From contig JAUFOR010000002.1 in the NCBI GenBank assembly GCA_040285745.1, forward strand, positions 806,001 through 870,000: a DNA stretch of 64,000 nucleotides, given 5' to 3'. A program made the translations under genes and the position numbers. The stretch is from Barthelona sp. PCE. Lineage: Eukaryota. This document shows, piece after piece, positions 61,216 to 64,000 of this stretch. How positions within the stretch are numbered: position 1 is the first letter of the stretch; each line of letters starts with the position of its first letter. The notes beneath the pieces were generated by a model that had not been told where the DNA came from, did not search any database, and saw nothing but the letters and a program-made list of their open reading frames with translations.

Positions 61216-62280
61216 ATGAATTCACACCTTTTCATAGCGGAGCGATATAAAGACGTTCTGGGGCAGACAACGTTCCGGGCAGACATAGCTTTCAAACCTG
61301 TTGCAAAGCGTATCCAACTGTTTGATCTGGAAATGCACTCAAACTCTTCATTTCCTCTACTTCTATCCTGTTCGAAGACTGAGGTGTTCTGTAGCAACGT
61401 GCTGAACCCGAAATCAACGAACTTACTGGGCTCAATTGAATTCACACCAGATACAAAACTGCAAGTGGAGTTACAACGTTTAGCTTGGTTTCCAACGGAT
61501 GCAGGCGCATTCTTAGTTGGTCTTTCTGGACAGGGAATAGCCATGGTTGATACAGAATCATTTCAGACCGCGTGCTACCTGAAGGTATATCCTAAACGCT
61601 TCCACTTCATTGAATTTGCACCACGAAAACCGCTTTTCGCTGTTGGATCGAGCTCTTGGGGTACTCGACTTGTTGATCTCCGCACGATGGATACAAGCAT
61701 CGTTCTCCACAGCGGAGGTCCAGCAGAATGCGTTGATGGTCACTGGTTGTCAGATAATCTCTTTTTCCACACTACTCGACAGCGTTCTTTTGAACTGTGG
61801 GACATACGCAAGCATGAGCCGCTGTCGTCTGGTAGATTAGAAGACGCAGTGCTCAAGACATGTATAGGTGAGGATGGTGTTTTTGGAATTAATAATCAAG
61901 GAAACCTTGATCTGTACGATGTTTATGAGACTAAGAAACTGTCAGATGAACCCATCGACGTCGGATTGCTTCCACTTATGCTGTACAAAAACAATGACTC
62001 ACTTATATACACAACAAAAGCCCGTAACGATCTGGTTGTCAGCAAATCGCTTCACACAGGGCTCATATGCAGGCAACCGGCGCACATGTTGCCTATTGTG
62101 GCTTCTGCTCATACAGATGGGATACTATTTACAGGGCAATTCAACGGAGTCGTTGCGAGATGGGACATGATCTCATTGCAGCACCAGAGCCGCGGCATCA
62201 CAACATTAACAAAAGTTGATGCCTCAAGATCAAATGCAGCGCATGTCTTTGCTGATGAAAGGGGCTTTACTGCTGATTGA
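61216..62280 (+). CDS. ERCC8: WD40 protein, CSA/ERCC8 (Rad28)-like
   Basis: WFPTDAGAF..VDTESFQTA, FAVG..RLVDLR and LWDIRK align by eye with the CSA WYPxDxGxF pattern. Confidence 0.7.
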   Translation: MNSHLFIAERYKDVLGQTTFRADIAFKPVAKRIQLFDLEMHSNSSFPLLLSCSKTEVFCSNVLNPKSTNLLGSIEFTPDTKLQVELQRLAWFPTDAGAFLVGLSGQGIAMVDTESFQTACYLKVYPKRFHFIEFAPRKPLFAVGSSSWGTRLVDLRTMDTSIVLHSGGPAECVDGHWLSDNLFFHTTRQRSFELWDIRKHEPLSSGRLEDAVLKTCIGEDGVFGINNQGNLDLYDVYETKKLSDEPIDVGLLPLMLYKNNDSLIYTTKARNDLVVSKSLHTGLICRQPAHMLPIVASAHTDGILFTGQFNGVVARWDMISLQHQSRGITTLTKVDASRSNAAHVFADERGFTAD

Positions 62281-63091
62281 TGAATTCTTCATACTGCGAC
62301 ACTAACAGCTCAATAGTTTCCGCATCACACTCACTCAGATCAATTCCCTGTTCCAACCAATACAAACCACACTCCTCTGTGTATGCTGCAGGTTCGGCGG
62401 CTGCAGGCTCGGAAACGTTGGCGGACTGCATGCTTTCCTCAAGTACCTGCTGCATCTGTTCTTCTTCAGTCATATTGGGAGGTACATAAGCCATCATGTT
62501 GTTTGCACCTCCGAAAAGAGAAGTTGCGCGCATGAGATCGGTCAGATTCCCCTGGCGACTAATGGTTATGAGCTCATTGGGGATAATCTCTTCATAGTAA
62601 AAATGATGGTAACTATCAACAATGTTCCTTAAAACAGCGGCGTTCTGTGTTGTTACGTCACGGCCGAAAGACACAACAACGAGCTTAATGCGTGCGTCCT
62701 TTAATGCATCTTGCACCTTCTGAAGACGTTCCTCATCCTCAATATCTATCGGATTACAAACTAACAACACAATGCTCTTACGAAAGTGATCCTCTGCACC
62801 TGCGTTCTGTAGAGTGAGAATGCCCAAACGGATAGCACGTACAATATCATAAGATGGATTAAATTTTGCTTTCTGAAAACTGTTCAAAATCTTTGTACGA
62901 TCCCTTGTACAAGGGCTGAGCACTCCACCCCCGCCCGTAACGAAGCCCACAGTATTTTCTCCGTTGGAACTTAAAAAGTAGTCTGTAAATGAACCGCTCG
63001 CAGTTAATTGTGCTTCTAGCCGGCTACTAATGTAATCATACGATCTCGCATAATCTGAATTGTCAATAACAACAACACAAGCCTCTGGCAT
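62267..63091 (-). CDS. RPN10: 26S proteasome regulatory subunit Rpn10/PSMD4
   Basis: EACVVVIDNSDYAR.DY..RLEAQ..ENTVG vWA domain and a UIM-like TEEEQMQQVLEESM. Confidence 0.88.
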   Translation of the reverse strand: MPEACVVVIDNSDYARSYDYISSRLEAQLTASGSFTDYFLSSNGENTVGFVTGGGGVLSPCTRDRTKILNSFQKAKFNPSYDIVRAIRLGILTLQNAGAEDHFRKSIVLLVCNPIDIEDEERLQKVQDALKDARIKLVVVSFGRDVTTQNAAVLRNIVDSYHHFYYEEIIPNELITISRQGNLTDLMRATSLFGGANNMMAYVPPNMTEEEQMQQVLEESMQSANVSEPAAAEPAAYTEECGLYWLEQGIDLSECDAETIELLVSQYEEFINQQ

Positions 63092-63332
63092 CCAATGAGA
63101 AGGAGAATAAAAGCTTTTTCAACAAAACAATGCTTTACTAATTGACTTAAGCTCGCAATACTAAACAACCTCCACATAAAGCGTTTTCACGCTGGGAAAA
63201 AGAAAAAATCACTAAACTTGGGCTTTTCATTTGTTCTGCTCAATATATGAATATTACCTGTATCAAATGTGGGAACATGGTTTAAATTGTGTAAGACCTA
63301 TACCTGCTTAACTACAATGATTTACAAAAGCT

Positions 63333-64000
63333 CTAACTATCTAAAAAGAGCCAACTAACAAACTCAGTTTCCTTTTTCGAATCCTTCCTCTTGTTACCAC
63401 CTGTGTTGCGCTCTTTTAGCTTTGTCACACGCCTCCATGTCTGTATCTCATCCACAAAACGGTTCATAAGCGATACATAATCCACGGGTATCAACTGCTC
63501 ATCCGTGTTGGCTTCCTCGCCAGGAGGGAGAGGAGTACCTGATATCAACCGAATGTACTCCTTGTACGGCTCACTCAATAACTCACAATTCAAAATCGGG
63601 AAAATCTGTTCCCTCAACGGTAGCGGGAAAAAACTCTTCTCTAACTTTTTTAATTTCTCTTTGCACACCTCATAGTACTCAAGTAGATTTTCTCTAGTTA
63701 TGACACCTGCAAGCTTTTTCTGCAAAAACATGCTGGAGTTCAACAAGCACTGTGATATAAAATAAAACTTCTCCTGTTCATCAATGATGTTCCTCGATTG
63801 ACTCAGGAACGTGATTGCGCGACATGAGTACAACTCTCTGGTGTTCTTATCCCTTCTCGCAACGCTCGCTGTCACTAGCTCCGGTCTGTAGTGAGCTGGA
63901 ACACCAAAAAGTCGTGTGATGCTAGTTTTCAGACTGTTTGGTATCGTGTGAAGAACTCCCTCCACGTAATGCGACTTATCTGTCTTTGTTATGGTTGGAA
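63333..64000 (-). CDS. 3' part of a hypothetical protein whose start lies beyond the window
   Basis: The reading frame stays open from 63965 to the window end. Confidence 0.7.
   Translation of the reverse strand, partial: PTITKTDKSHYVEGVLHTIPNSLKTSITRLFGVPAHYRPELVTASVARRDKNTRELYSCRAITFLSQSRNIIDEQEKFYFISQCLLNSSMFLQKKLAGVITRENLLEYYEVCKEKLKKLEKSFFPLPLREQIFPILNCELLSEPYKEYIRLISGTPLPPGEEANTDEQLIPVDYVSLMNRFVDEIQTWRRVTKLKERNTGGNKRKDSKKETEFVSWLFLDS

Noticed and set aside
63333-64000. Possible Misato/DML1-like identity of the terminal partial ORF
   Set aside because: There is only a faint resemblance (PLP..IFP), and the diagnostic N-terminal part is outside the window.
1-64000. tRNA, rRNA, CRISPR arrays, transposase or RT genes, and an alternative genetic code
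   Set aside because: None was recognised by eye. Conserved genes are uninterrupted and end in TAA, TAG or TGA at expected positions.

Overview
This is a gene-dense, AT-rich eukaryotic window from a protist-like genome. It holds about 40 protein genes, all readable as single uninterrupted ORFs in the standard code, with no intron needed. Convergent gene pairs are often only 1-45 bp apart, and one pair overlaps. Recognisable genes include beta-tubulin, PGK, INO80, UPF2, Rpn10, CSA/ERCC8, NOL10, TEX10/Ipi1, PMM, Ykt6, eIF5A, SPOUT1, CLPTM1, LRRC40, pecanex, GH47 mannosidase and three adjacent secreted proteases. AGTAAA/TGTAAA 3' signals and a Giardia cyst-wall-protein-like LRR suggest a metamonad-like organism, which is inference only. 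The most unusual signal is a non-coding, ~210-230 nt dispersed repeat (element A, three copies). It folds into a long rod-like hairpin with compensatory base changes and strand-specific G-U pairs. One copy sits, with no evident target-site duplication, inside a second repeat (element B) whose empty form is also present at 45 kb. Other highlights are a bacterial-type GH13_18 glucosylglycerate phosphorylase (candidate lateral transfer), a Cys-rich/CWP-like LRR fusion, and eIF5A and Ykt6 proteins with altered signature motifs. All family calls come from motif recognition by eye, not database searches.
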